Source of the DNA: an uncultured Gemmatimonadales bacterium | Lineage (GTDB): Bacteria; Gemmatimonadota; Gemmatimonadetes; Gemmatimonadales; Gemmatimonadaceae | Assembly (NCBI GenBank): GCA_963851265.1 | Contig: CAWKNZ010000007.1 | Span: 384,001 to 448,000, forward strand | Reading direction: 5' to 3' | DNA length: 64,000 nt | Part shown: positions 39,644 through 49,140 of the stretch, one piece after another | How positions within the stretch are numbered: position 1 is the first letter of the stretch | Layout of the letters: the number at the start of each line of letters is the position of its first letter | Notes under the pieces: model-generated | Databases searched by the model: none | Told to the model about the DNA's origin: nothing | What the model saw: the letters and a program-made list of their open reading frames with translations, nothing else | Program-made: the position numbers and the translations under genes

Positions 39644-41482
39644 TCAGTGTTTTCCGCCGCTACTGCCGCCGCTACTCGGCCGCGGGAGCGTGTCGACGGT
39701 GGTGACCGTCGGTGAGGTGGTGCGACCGCGCGCGTCGAGCGTGAACACGACGACCTCGTCCCCGCGCGGCGTGTTGGCGAGCAGGTTCCCGCCCGCGGCC
39801 ACGGCGACGTACTGCACGCCGTCGATCGCGTAGGTCATCGGCGGGGCGTTCACGCCGGCGCGCGCCGTGTACGCCCAGAGCTGCGCGCCGGTGCGCGCGT
39901 CGAGCGCAAGCACCTTCTTGTCGGACGTTCCCGTGAACATCAGACCGCCCGCCGTGGCGAGCGCGCCTCCGACCATCGGCTTCGGCGTCGGCACGAGCCA
40001 CGCGACGCGCCCGGTGTTCACGTCCACCGCGGAGATCGTTCCCGTGGGCTTCGACGTCGACGGGTAGTACCGGCCGCCGACGTACCACGCCCCGGGGTCG
40101 CGCTCCTCGTGCCGGCGCTTGTACAGGAAGGGCTCGCGCAACCCGAGGATGTACACGAGCCCGGTCTGCGGGCTGTACGCCGTGGGCGACCACTGCGAGC
40201 CGCCGAAGGCCCCGATCTGCTGCACCACGCCGCCCTGCAGCGGCGGGGCGGGGAAGGTCGGGCCGATGCCCGTGAACGGATCGGAGCGGCGGATGGGTGC
40301 CCCGGTGCGGCGGTCGACGATGAAGAACCACCCGGCCTTGCCCGCCTCGCCGGCGGCCGGCACCACGCGCCCCGACGCGTCGCGCACGTCGAACAGCACC
40401 ACCGGACTGGCGAGGTCGAGGTCCCACGTGTCGTGCGCGACTTCCTGCGCGCACCACGCGCGCTTGCCGGTGCGGTAGTCGACGGCGATGATGCTGTTGG
40501 CGCACAGGTTGTCGCCCGGCCGCACCGAGCCGTCGACGTCGGGCGACGTGTTGCCGGTCGAGAAGATCGCGTAGTGCAGCACCGTGTCTATGGCCGGGTT
40601 GTTCCAGACCGGCGCGCCGCCGTGCTTCCACGCGTCCGCGTACTTGGCGCTGTCGCGGTGTTCCTGCGCGAGGTCGCGGTGGAAGTCCGCGCCGAACGCG
40701 TCGCTCGCACCGAACTTCCCCCACCAGCCGCCGTCCTCGGGTCCCAACACCGTGTGAAAGCGCCAGAGTTCGTCGCCGCTGCGCGTGTCGAGCGCGACGA
40801 CGAAGCCGCGGATGCCGTACTCGCCGCCGCTCACCCCGAGCATCACCCGGTTCTCGATCACCGTGGGCGCCGCGCTGAAGCTGTAGCCCTGGGTGTTGTC
40901 GGCGACCTTGCGGTCCCACAGCAGGTGCCCCGTCGCCGCGTCCAGCGCCACGATGCGCGCGTCGAGCAGGCCCAGAAACACCCGGCCGCCGTACACGGCG
41001 ACCCCGCGGTTCATCGCCCCGCAGCAGATCACCGTCTTGCCGAGCTCGGGTACCCATTCCCAGCGCTTCGCACCGGTTCGCGCGTCGAGCGCGATCACGT
41101 GGTCGAGCGCGGTCGAGAGGTACATCGTGCCGTCGACCACGACCGGCGTGGCCTCGAACACGTGCGGCACGCCGGTCTTGTAGACCCAGGCGACGCCGAG
41201 GCGGCCGACGTTGGTCGTCGTGACCTGTGTGAGCGGCGACCAGCGCTGGTTGGAGTAGTCGCGCCCGTTGAGCGCCCACGCGCCCGTGTCGGCGAGGGCG
41301 CGGCGGAGGGCGGCGTCGGCCGTGCGCGCGTCGTCGGTGCGCACGGTCACGTGTGCGGCGGCGTCCGGCGTCCCGGCCGCGGCGGCGCGACCGCATCGTG
41401 TGGTCGCGGCGACCGCGGCGAGCGGGAGCAGCGCGGCCGCGCCGCGGCGCAGCGTTAGGCGAATCATACTCGGCGGCATCAT
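39644..41482 (-). CDS. PQQ-dependent alcohol-dehydrogenase-family protein (paralog 2)
   Basis: Vicinal ICCG, NRGVA, SGGEYGIRG, GNTSPD, HDTWDLD, QYVAVAAGG. Confidence 0.88.
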   Translation of the reverse strand: MMPPSMIRLTLRRGAAALLPLAAVAATTRCGRAAAAGTPDAAAHVTVRTDDARTADAALRRALADTGAWALNGRDYSNQRWSPLTQVTTTNVGRLGVAWVYKTGVPHVFEATPVVVDGTMYLSTALDHVIALDARTGAKRWEWVPELGKTVICCGAMNRGVAVYGGRVFLGLLDARIVALDAATGHLLWDRKVADNTQGYSFSAAPTVIENRVMLGVSGGEYGIRGFVVALDTRSGDELWRFHTVLGPEDGGWWGKFGASDAFGADFHRDLAQEHRDSAKYADAWKHGGAPVWNNPAIDTVLHYAIFSTGNTSPDVDGSVRPGDNLCANSIIAVDYRTGKRAWCAQEVAHDTWDLDLASPVVLFDVRDASGRVVPAAGEAGKAGWFFIVDRRTGAPIRRSDPFTGIGPTFPAPPLQGGVVQQIGAFGGSQWSPTAYSPQTGLVYILGLREPFLYKRRHEERDPGAWYVGGRYYPSTSKPTGTISAVDVNTGRVAWLVPTPKPMVGGALATAGGLMFTGTSDKKVLALDARTGAQLWAYTARAGVNAPPMTYAIDGVQYVAVAAGGNLLANTPRGDEVVVFTLDARGRTTSPTVTTVDTLPRPSSGGSSGGKH

Positions 41483-41497
41483 CGACTCGGCGTCATC

Positions 41498-42235
41498 TCA
41501 ACGCGCACCCCCCGCCGGGCGTTCGGCGGGCGTGCGACTCGCCTTGAGGCGGTTCGCAGGTTTCGCGTCGGCGCTCACCGTGGCCGGCGCACCGGTGCCG
41601 CGCGTCGGGCGGGCGGGCGGCACGCGCTCCGCGCCGCGCGGAACTGCGGATGCCGTGCCGGTGGCTGCCGCGGGCGTCGGAACGAGCGCGCCGTGCAGCT
41701 CGTGCCCGCCCGGCCAGGGCTCGCCGCGCGTCTGACTGATCGCCCACACGTACGCGGCCACGCGCCGGATCTCGTCCGACGAGAGGTCGCCGCGTGCCCC
41801 GCGCGCGGGCATCCCGATCGGGCTCCGGCTCTGCACGTCGGGCATCCCCGCGCGGATGAGCGAGTCGATCGCGCGCCACTGATACGGCACGTACGCCAGC
41901 CCGGCCGTGATGCCGTCGCCGGCCGCGGGCATCCCCTGCGCCTCGACGCCGTGGCACACGAAGCAGCCGCCCTTGCCGTGGAAGATGGCGTCGCCCGTCG
42001 TGATCTGGTCGAGTGTCATGCCGGGGGGCAGCGGCGCGAGCCGGGCCGGCTGCAGGTCGTCGTTGCGCGGGTTGGGCGAGGTCACGGCCGTATTGCCAGA
42101 GGGCTGCTGCGGGTGGGCCTGACCCTGCTGTGCGCCCGCGGCCGTCGCCGCGACCGCGAGCAGCGCGCAGGCTCGCGCGCCGAGTCGCGCGCCTCGGCGC
42201 GCGAGCCGATCGCGCACGTGCTGCACCACGGTCAT
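41498..42235 (-). CDS. Monoheme cytochrome c (paralog 1)
   Basis: Signal peptide; GKGGCFVCHG; GMPARG; ATGA overlap with the upstream dehydrogenase. Confidence 0.88.
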   Translation of the reverse strand: MTVVQHVRDRLARRGARLGARACALLAVAATAAGAQQGQAHPQQPSGNTAVTSPNPRNDDLQPARLAPLPPGMTLDQITTGDAIFHGKGGCFVCHGVEAQGMPAAGDGITAGLAYVPYQWRAIDSLIRAGMPDVQSRSPIGMPARGARGDLSSDEIRRVAAYVWAISQTRGEPWPGGHELHGALVPTPAAATGTASAVPRGAERVPPARPTRGTGAPATVSADAKPANRLKASRTPAERPAGGAR

Positions 42236-44115
42236 GGCTTCCCGCCGAGCACCGGATTCACCGCCGGCTCGCCCGAGCCGCGCGCCGTGTCCTGCATCGC
42301 ACGCGCCGTCGCCGCACGGCCCACCCCACCCTCCGCGCCGGTCGAGGCGCCGGTCCGCGGGCCGCCCGAGGCCCCCGCGCCGTCGAGCGCGAACACGAGC
42401 ACCTCGTCGCCGCGCGCGCTGTTGAGCGGCAGGTTGCCCCCGGCCGCCACCGCCACGTACTGCCGGCCGTTGAGCGCGTACGTCACCGCCGGCGCGTTCA
42501 CCCCCGCGCGCGCGCGGTAACGCCACACCTCGTGCCCGTTGCGCGCGTCGTACGCGACGAACGCCGAATCGGAGAGTCCGGTAAAGACGAGCCCACCCGC
42601 CGTCGCGAGCGCGCCGCTGATCGTCGGTTGCGCGAGCCGCACCTGCCAGGCGATGCGCCCGGTGTTGAGGTCGACGGCCGAGAACGTTCCGTAGTGCCCC
42701 GTCTGCCCAGACGTGACCACGCCGCCCCAGTACTGCGCCGGCGCCTGCAGCTCCTCGTGCTGCCGGCGGTACAGCTGCGGGAAGTAGTTGCCATCCACGT
42801 ACAGGTATCCCGTCTCGGGGCTGTAGGCCGGCGGTGACCAGTCCGACCCGCCGAGCGTGGACGGCGCGATCACGACGCCCGCCTCGGTCGGCACGGTGAA
42901 CATGTTCTCCTGCGGCACGAACGCGTCGGAGCGGCGGATCGGACGTCCGGTGCGGCGGTCGAGCACGTACACCCACCCCGTCTTGCCCGCCTGCGCGACC
43001 GCCGGCACGGCGCGGCCGGTCGAGTCGCGCACGTTCACTAGCACCACCGGCGATGCGGGGTCGTAATCCCACAGGTCGTGCGAGACCTCCTGGTAGTGCC
43101 AGCGGTACTCGCCCGTCTTGAGATCGATGGCGACGATGCAGTCGGTGAACAGGTTGTCGCCGGGCCGCACGCGGCCGTCCACGTCCGGGGCGGCGTTGCC
43201 GATGTTGAGATAGACCAAGCCCAACGCGGTGTCGACGGCCGGGGTGTGCCACATCGGGCCGCCGCCGTGGCGCCACGCGTCGGGGTACGTCGCGCTGTCC
43301 CGGTGCTCCTGCGCGAGGTCGCGGTGGAAGTCGGCGCCCCAGGGATCGCGTGCCCGCCACGCGCCCCACCAGCCGCCGTGCGCGGGATCGGGGATCGTGT
43401 AGAAGCGCCACACCTGCTTTCCGGTGCCCGCGTCGTACGCGGTGACGTAGCAGCGGCCGCCCTGCTCGCCGCACGAGATCCCGGTGATGACCTTGCCGTC
43501 GACCGCGAGCGGCGCGGCGGTGATGTGGTAGCCCTGCTGATTGTCGCCGACCGACACGTCCCACAGCAGGCGACCGCTCGCGGCGTCGAGCGCGACGAGG
43601 CGCGCGTCGACGGTCCCCATGAACACGCGCCCGCCGTAGACCGCCACGCCGCGGTTGATCGGCCCGCAGCAGTCGACGGTCGTCCGGTACGGGTGCACGT
43701 ACTCCCAGCGCTTCGCGCCGGTGGTCGCGTCGAGCGCGACGACGTGGTTGCGCGGCGTGGAGATGTACATCACCCCGTCGACCACGACGGGGCTCGTCTC
43801 GAAGCCGGCGACGATGCCGGTGTGGTAGATCCACGCGGGCGCGAGTCGCGCCACGTTCGCCGTCGTGATCTCGCCGAGTGGCGACCAGCGTTGATTCGAA
43901 TAGTCGCGGCCGTACGACGGCCACGCGGCGCCCGCCGCCATGGCCGACCGAATCGCCGCGTCGGCGTGCCGCGCGTCGACGCCCGCGGACGGCGCCTCAC
44001 GCGCGTCGGCATCCGTCCCGCGACAGCCCGTCCCTGCGGCGACCCCGGCGGCTAGTACTCCCATCACCCCACGACACCTGCCCGCCCGTGCGATCGCACG
44101 GCGTAACCGCCCCAT
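42232..44115 (-). CDS. PQQ-dependent alcohol-dehydrogenase-family protein (paralog 1)
   Basis: GGGAGGAG RBS; DCCG, NRGVA, SCGEQGGRC, GNAAPD, HDLWDYD, QYVAVAAGG. Confidence 0.88.
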   Translation of the reverse strand: MGRLRRAIARAGRCRGVMGVLAAGVAAGTGCRGTDADAREAPSAGVDARHADAAIRSAMAAGAAWPSYGRDYSNQRWSPLGEITTANVARLAPAWIYHTGIVAGFETSPVVVDGVMYISTPRNHVVALDATTGAKRWEYVHPYRTTVDCCGPINRGVAVYGGRVFMGTVDARLVALDAASGRLLWDVSVGDNQQGYHITAAPLAVDGKVITGISCGEQGGRCYVTAYDAGTGKQVWRFYTIPDPAHGGWWGAWRARDPWGADFHRDLAQEHRDSATYPDAWRHGGGPMWHTPAVDTALGLVYLNIGNAAPDVDGRVRPGDNLFTDCIVAIDLKTGEYRWHYQEVSHDLWDYDPASPVVLVNVRDSTGRAVPAVAQAGKTGWVYVLDRRTGRPIRRSDAFVPQENMFTVPTEAGVVIAPSTLGGSDWSPPAYSPETGYLYVDGNYFPQLYRRQHEELQAPAQYWGGVVTSGQTGHYGTFSAVDLNTGRIAWQVRLAQPTISGALATAGGLVFTGLSDSAFVAYDARNGHEVWRYRARAGVNAPAVTYALNGRQYVAVAAGGNLPLNSARGDEVLVFALDGAGASGGPRTGASTGAEGGVGRAATARAMQDTARGSGEPAVNPVLGGKP

Positions 44116-44233
44116 CCGCTCCTCCCGAGTACATGCTCCGTGACGCGTGCGTCGCCGCACGTAGCATAACGCACACCGCGGCGCCCGCCGGCGCGAGCTT
44201 GACGGGGGTCGTACCGCACCCGACCTTGCCACG

Positions 44234-44701
44234 ATGTCCGACTCCACCCGCGCGTGCCCGTTCTGCGACCTGGTCCGCGGCTCGGCCGAGGTCTCGCTCT
44301 GCTACGAGGACGCGACGGCGATCGCGTTCATGGACATCCAGCCGGTGAATCCGGGGCACGTGCTCGTCGTGCCCCGCGAGCACTACGAGTGCATCGACGA
44401 CCTGCCGCGCGAGGTCGGGGAGCATCTGTACGGCGTGGCGACGCGCCTGATCCCGATCATCCAGCAGGTCGCCGGCACCCGCGACATGAACGTGGTCGTC
44501 AACAGCGGCGCCACGGCCGGCCAGGACGTCTTTCACTTCCACGTGCACCTGATCCCGCGGCGTGCGGGCGACGGCTTCGACGTGCCGCTCCCGTTCCCCG
44601 AGTCCGAGATGCCCGACCGTACGCGCCTCGACGCGATGGCGGCCCGCATCATCGCCGCCGTGCGCGATCCGGTGCGTCGCACCGCCGTAACGCCGCCTTA
44701 G
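44234..44701 (+). CDS. HIT family nucleotide hydrolase
   Basis: CPFC, DIQPVNPGHVLVVP, AGQDVFHFHVHLIPR. Confidence 0.93.
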   Translation: MSDSTRACPFCDLVRGSAEVSLCYEDATAIAFMDIQPVNPGHVLVVPREHYECIDDLPREVGEHLYGVATRLIPIIQQVAGTRDMNVVVNSGATAGQDVFHFHVHLIPRRAGDGFDVPLPFPESEMPDRTRLDAMAARIIAAVRDPVRRTAVTPP

Positions 44702-44713
44702 TGCCCCGGGGGC

Positions 44714-44729
44714 TTGGCACGCGCGCTGC
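44714..44729 (+). promoter_or_regulatory. Putative sigma54 (-24/-12) promoter
   Basis: TTGGCACGCGCGCTGC with GG-N10-GC spacing, followed by an AT-richer stretch. Confidence 0.5.
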
Positions 44730-44736
44730 GTTATAC

Positions 44737-45020
44737 GTGATTGTAAGCAAGATCGGTCGTCAGAGGGTGGACGGTCCCTGATCACACCGGCGGAGGCGCG
44801 ATGGCGGCAAGCTGGCATGCGTGCGGCGGCGGAGCGGCGGGACGCGCGGTGCGGCGCGCCGCGGTCCACCCCGCCGCCGTCGCGTCACCGCCGGTTGCCG
44901 CACCACCGCCCGTCGCCGTCCTGACCCCGGTACCGCCGCCAGGCGCAGCAGCCGCCGCCACATCCACCAGCCGACACCCCGCTTCCGGGCTTCTCCCGGG
45001 GGCGGGGTGTCGCCGTTTCG
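44737..45020 (+). ncRNA. Candidate structured leader or small RNA upstream of an HNH gene
   Basis: 44786-44808 pairs with 44873-44895 (23 positions, 2 G-U, 1 mismatch); 18-bp hairpin at 44972-45012. Confidence 0.4.
44972..45018 (+). terminator. Terminator-like hairpin immediately upstream of the HNH gene
   Basis: 18-bp stem with 2 G-U pairs, CTTCT loop, then CCGTTT. Confidence 0.55.
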
Positions 45021-45040
45021 TGCGAGGATCGAGAGCCCCG

Positions 45041-45601
45041 ATGCCCCGTCCGCTCGCCCGTTCGTCCACCCGCAACGCCGCCGCCACGCGCAGCGCCCTC
45101 CGCGCCGCCGCCCTCACCGTCCTGAACGGCGGCGCCGCCCGACCCTGCACCGGGCGCCGCACGCCCGACCGCGGCGCCCGCTCCCGCGACCGCGCCCCCG
45201 CGAGCCGGCCGCGCGACTATGCGCTGCTCGCGGTCGGCGCGAAGCGCGCGATGCGCGCCGCCACGCTCCGCGACTGTGGCCGTCGCTGCGTCTACTGCGC
45301 CGCCGCCCTCTCCTTCGACACGGTCACGCTCGACCACGTGTACCCGCGCGCTCACGGCGGTCCCAACATCGCCGGCAACGTCGTGGCGGCATGCGGTCCG
45401 TGCAACCGCCTGAAGGCCGACCTCCTCCCGAGCGAGTTCTTCCTCCGCCACCCCTGGGCGGGCCTCAACTTCATGCGCTACGCGCGCACGGTGCACCGCG
45501 CACTCAAGCGCGGCGCGCGCCGCGCCGTGAGCCTCGCCTACGCGGGCGAGGCCGAGCTCGACCGGGCGGGGCGGGTGCCCGAGCGGCTGCGCGCCGCGTA
45601 G
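45041..45601 (+). CDS. HNH endonuclease
   Basis: RCVYCA...LDHVYPRAHGG...NVVAACGPCNRLK; start uncertain (in-frame ATG 44801 has a GGAGG). Confidence 0.85.
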   Translation: MPRPLARSSTRNAAATRSALRAAALTVLNGGAARPCTGRRTPDRGARSRDRAPASRPRDYALLAVGAKRAMRAATLRDCGRRCVYCAAALSFDTVTLDHVYPRAHGGPNIAGNVVAACGPCNRLKADLLPSEFFLRHPWAGLNFMRYARTVHRALKRGARRAVSLAYAGEAELDRAGRVPERLRAA

Positions 45602-45611
45602 CGCCCGGCGC

Positions 45612-48600
45612 CTAACGCCCCGCCGCGGTGCGGGCGGACGCGCCGAGCAGCGCGTCCGCCTCCCGCCGGCGGTCCCGCACCACGCGCTCGAGTTCGGCGT
45701 ACCGCTCGACCGCGTCGCGCCCCACCGGCTGGTCGCCCTGCGTCGTCATGCCGTACAGGTACCGCACCTCGGCCAACAGCCCTGGGCGCCCGTAGCGAAA
45801 GCGCTCGCCGGTGAGCGCGGCCTGCAAGGCGCGCAGTCGCGCGAGCCGGTCGGGCGCGCCAGCGGCGGCGGAATCGGCCGCGAGCCGCGTCACGCCCGCG
45901 GCGACGTCGCGCGCCAGCGCCTGCGCGTCGCTCACGAGGTCGCGCGCGCGCACGTTGTGCGCGAACTGCGCCGCGAGCACCGCGGGCGTGACGCCGTCGC
46001 GGCGCACGCGTGGATCTTCCTCGACGACGAGCGTCCGGGTCGCCGACCAGCCCGTGCTGTCGGCACGCGCGTCGCGCAACGCGAGCCGCACCGCGTAACG
46101 CCCGGGCGGCACCATCGGCCCCGCGCGCCCGCTGCGGCGCGGGTCGGCCGGGTCGAGCGGGCCGGGCGCCGCGAGGTCCCAGACGACCCGGTGCGCGCCC
46201 AACGAGACGTCGAGCGCGGGCGCGCCCGCCCGGACGTCCAAGGCGCCGCGCGGACGGGCGCCCGGCGACGATGATTCGGACGTGAACTCGCGGACCGGCC
46301 GTCCAGCAGAGTCGAGCACGGTGAGCGTGACGACCGCACCACGCGACCGTGGCCCCATCCAGTAGTCGAGCGTCGCGCCCGGGGGCGGGTATTCGGGGTC
46401 GGTCGACACCGCGCGCACACTCTCCTCGCCGCCGAACGCGCCGTGGTACCGCAGCCGCAGGGCCGGGCGCGGCGCGGCAAGCATCGCCGGCGCCGTGTCG
46501 AGCGCGGCGCGCGCCCTCGCATCGGCCACGGCGCGCAGTGGCGTCAGGTCGTCGAGAATCCACAACCCGCGCCCCTGCGTCGATGCGACGAGGTCGCCCC
46601 GCCGGTGCACCACGAGGTCCGTGACCGGGACGGCGGGCATCCCACCCCCGCCCGCGCGCGTCGAGTCGCCCGGCATCCGCGTGACGCGCGAGCGCGGCAG
46701 CGGCTGCCAGTGCGCGCCGTCGTCGGCCGACACGTACACGCCGAACTCGGTGCCGGCGTAGAGCAGCCCCGGGCGGACGAGGTCCTCGCGCACGACGCGC
46801 GTCGGCTCGTCGGCGGCGATGCCGTTCGTGCCCGGCGTGAGCAGGCGCCACGTGCGGCCGTAATCGTTGGTCGCGTAGAGGTACGGGCGGAAATCGCCCA
46901 ACTGGTAGCGCAGCACCGCGACGTACGCGCCCCCCGCGCGGTGCGGCGAGGGCTCCACCGTCTGCACGCGCCCGCCCGGCGGGAGCCCGGGCGGCGTCAC
47001 GTCGGCCCAGGTGCGCCCGCCGTCGCGGGTGACGTGCACCGGCCCGTCGTTCGCGCCCGTCCAGATCACGCCGCGCGCCGCCGGGCTCTCGCGGATGCTG
47101 TAGAGCGTCGCGTACATCTCCTCGCCGGTCGCGTCGACCGTGATCGGCGTACCCGAGATCGTGTTGCGGTAGCGCGGGTCGTTGGCCGTGAGGTCGGGCG
47201 AGATCGCCGTCCACGTCACGCCGCCATCCGTCGACTTATGTACGAACTGCGACCCGTAGTACACCGTGCGCGGGTCGTGCGGGCTCGTCGCCATCGGCGA
47301 CACGCGCTGAAAGCGGTACCGGAGCCCCGCGTTCGGCTCGCCGTAGAGTGACTGCCCGCCGATCCAGTACTGCCGCTCCTGCCCCGTGCGCAGGGCCATG
47401 CGGCTGAACTGCCCCTTGCACGCCCCCCAAACCGTGTCCGGGCTGCCGGGCTGTGGCATCACAGGCCCCGTCTCGCAGCCGGGACCGTGCCGCCAGGCCT
47501 GCGTCGGGTCGTCGACGCCGCCCGCCTCCAACGGGAGCGAGGGCACGATGAGCGTGCCCCCCTCGTCCTGCTGCGCGCCGTACACCCGGTACGGCACCTG
47601 GTCGTCCACCGCGACGTTGTAGATCTCGGCGGTCGGTTGGTTGAGTTGCGTGCTCCACGTGCGCCCGCCCGTGAGCGAGACGTTCACCCCGCCGTCGTTG
47701 CTCTGGATCAGCACGCGCCCGTCGTGGGGGTTGGCCCACAGGTCGTGGTTGTCCCCATGCGGCGTGGGCATCGGCGCGAACGTGCGCCCGCCGTCGGTGC
47801 TGCGGAAGAAGTCCTCCGCCCCGGCGTACACGACGTCGGCGTTGGTCGGGTCGGTCGCGAGCGTGGTGTAGTAGAAGGGGCGCGTGAGCAGCCCGGATTG
47901 CGCGTTCACCAGACGCCACGTCTCGCCCGCGTCGTCCGAGCGGTACAGCCCGGAGCCCGCCGACCCGCGCTCGGCCCGCGCCTCGACGAGCGCGTACACG
48001 CGCCGCGGGTCGGCCGCGGTGACCGCGAGATTGCTCTTCCCGAACAACCCGTTAGGCAGCCCGCCGCCGAGCTTCCGCCACGTCCGCCCCGCGTCGGTGC
48101 TCTTGTAGACGCCGCCCTCGCGCGCGCCCGAGATGATCGTCCACGGCTTGCGCTCGGCGCGCCACATCGACGCGTAGACGACGTCCGGGTTGCCGGGCTG
48201 CAGCTCGACGTCGATCGCGCCGGTGCTGTCGGAGACGAAGAGCACGCGCTGCCACGTCCGCCCGCCGTCGGCCGTCCGGTAGAGTCCGCGCGCGGAGTCG
48301 GCGCGGAACGCGTTCCCGATGGCCGCCACGTACGCGACGTTCGCGTCGCGCGGATCCACGCGCACGCCGCCGATCTGCCCGACGTCGCGGAGCCCGGCGA
48401 ACGTCCACGTCCGCCCGGCGTCCGCCGAGCGGTAGACGCCGCGTCCGGTCGAGACGTTGCTGCGGATCGCGTCCGAGCCGGTGCCCACGTACACCACGCG
48501 TGGGTCCGACGGGGCGACCTCGACCGCGCCGACCGAACCCTCGGTGAAATACGCGTCGGTGAGATTGCGCCACGTCGTCCCCGCGTCCTCCGTCTTCCAC

Positions 48601-48899
48601 ACGCCACCGCCCACGCCGCCGAAGTAGAACGTGTACGGCTCTGACGGAACGCCGGTCACCGTCGTGACACGGCCGCCGCGCGTCGGCCCGATCGAGCGCC
48701 AGCGCAAGCCGGCGAGCAGGGCGGGGTCGATCGCGGCCGCGTTGGACGCCGGAGACGGCTGCGCAGCGGAGCTCGACTGCGCACGGGAGGCCGCGGGGAC
48801 GAGCCCGGACGCGAACGCCGTAGCGCCTACCGCGGCGAGCGCGGTCACGGAACGACGGACGCGAAGCGAGCGGTGCGCGGCCGGTGGAAGCTGTGTCAT
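45612..48899 (-). CDS. Secreted VPS10/BNR (Asp-box) repeat glycosyl-hydrolase-like protein
   Basis: WRSIGPTRGGR, many S/T-x-D-G-G-x-T-W repeats, GTEFGVYVS, STQGRGLWILDD. Confidence 0.88.
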   Translation of the reverse strand: MTQLPPAAHRSLRVRRSVTALAAVGATAFASGLVPAASRAQSSSAAQPSPASNAAAIDPALLAGLRWRSIGPTRGGRVTTVTGVPSEPYTFYFGGVGGGVWKTEDAGTTWRNLTDAYFTEGSVGAVEVAPSDPRVVYVGTGSDAIRSNVSTGRGVYRSADAGRTWTFAGLRDVGQIGGVRVDPRDANVAYVAAIGNAFRADSARGLYRTADGGRTWQRVLFVSDSTGAIDVELQPGNPDVVYASMWRAERKPWTIISGAREGGVYKSTDAGRTWRKLGGGLPNGLFGKSNLAVTAADPRRVYALVEARAERGSAGSGLYRSDDAGETWRLVNAQSGLLTRPFYYTTLATDPTNADVVYAGAEDFFRSTDGGRTFAPMPTPHGDNHDLWANPHDGRVLIQSNDGGVNVSLTGGRTWSTQLNQPTAEIYNVAVDDQVPYRVYGAQQDEGGTLIVPSLPLEAGGVDDPTQAWRHGPGCETGPVMPQPGSPDTVWGACKGQFSRMALRTGQERQYWIGGQSLYGEPNAGLRYRFQRVSPMATSPHDPRTVYYGSQFVHKSTDGGVTWTAISPDLTANDPRYRNTISGTPITVDATGEEMYATLYSIRESPAARGVIWTGANDGPVHVTRDGGRTWADVTPPGLPPGGRVQTVEPSPHRAGGAYVAVLRYQLGDFRPYLYATNDYGRTWRLLTPGTNGIAADEPTRVVREDLVRPGLLYAGTEFGVYVSADDGAHWQPLPRSRVTRMPGDSTRAGGGGMPAVPVTDLVVHRRGDLVASTQGRGLWILDDLTPLRAVADARARAALDTAPAMLAAPRPALRLRYHGAFGGEESVRAVSTDPEYPPPGATLDYWMGPRSRGAVVTLTVLDSAGRPVREFTSESSSPGARPRGALDVRAGAPALDVSLGAHRVVWDLAAPGPLDPADPRRSGRAGPMVPPGRYAVRLALRDARADSTGWSATRTLVVEEDPRVRRDGVTPAVLAAQFAHNVRARDLVSDAQALARDVAAGVTRLAADSAAAGAPDRLARLRALQAALTGERFRYGRPGLLAEVRYLYGMTTQGDQPVGRDAVERYAELERVVRDRRREADALLGASARTAAGR

Positions 48900-49088
48900 C
48901 CTGGGCGAGGCGAAGGAGCGGGCAGGCGGAGCGCGGGAGGAACGCGTCGCAGCAACCCCCCGCCCGCGCGCACGACTCCGCGAGTTCGCCGAGGGATGGT
49001 GCGCGGCGTACGGAATGACAACGCCGCGCACGCCCCGTTCGCTGCGGCACGCCGGCAGGTCCGCACCGCGCCCGCTTGCGGAACGCAC

Positions 49089-49116
49089 AACGGCCGCCCC
49101 GTTGGGGGCGGCCGTT
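49089..49116 (-). terminator. Hairpin downstream of the L,D-transpeptidase gene
   Basis: AACGGCCGCCCC-N4-GGGGCGGCCGTT; weak U-tract. Confidence 0.55.
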
Positions 49117-49140
49117 CTCGTCAGTCGGTCGGATCCGAAT

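Noticed and set aside
38930..44115. Duplicated dehydrogenase/cytochrome unit as an assembly artefact
   Set aside because: The copies differ at many amino-acid and synonymous positions, so they are old paralogues
44812..44827. Second GG-N10-GC sigma54-like match (CTGGCATGCGTGCGGC)
   Set aside because: Poor -12 element; easily arises by chance in GC-rich DNA
45041..45601. HNH protein as an IscB/Cas9-like RNA-guided nuclease
   Set aside because: Too short, no RuvC motifs, and no transposon ends or CRISPR repeats
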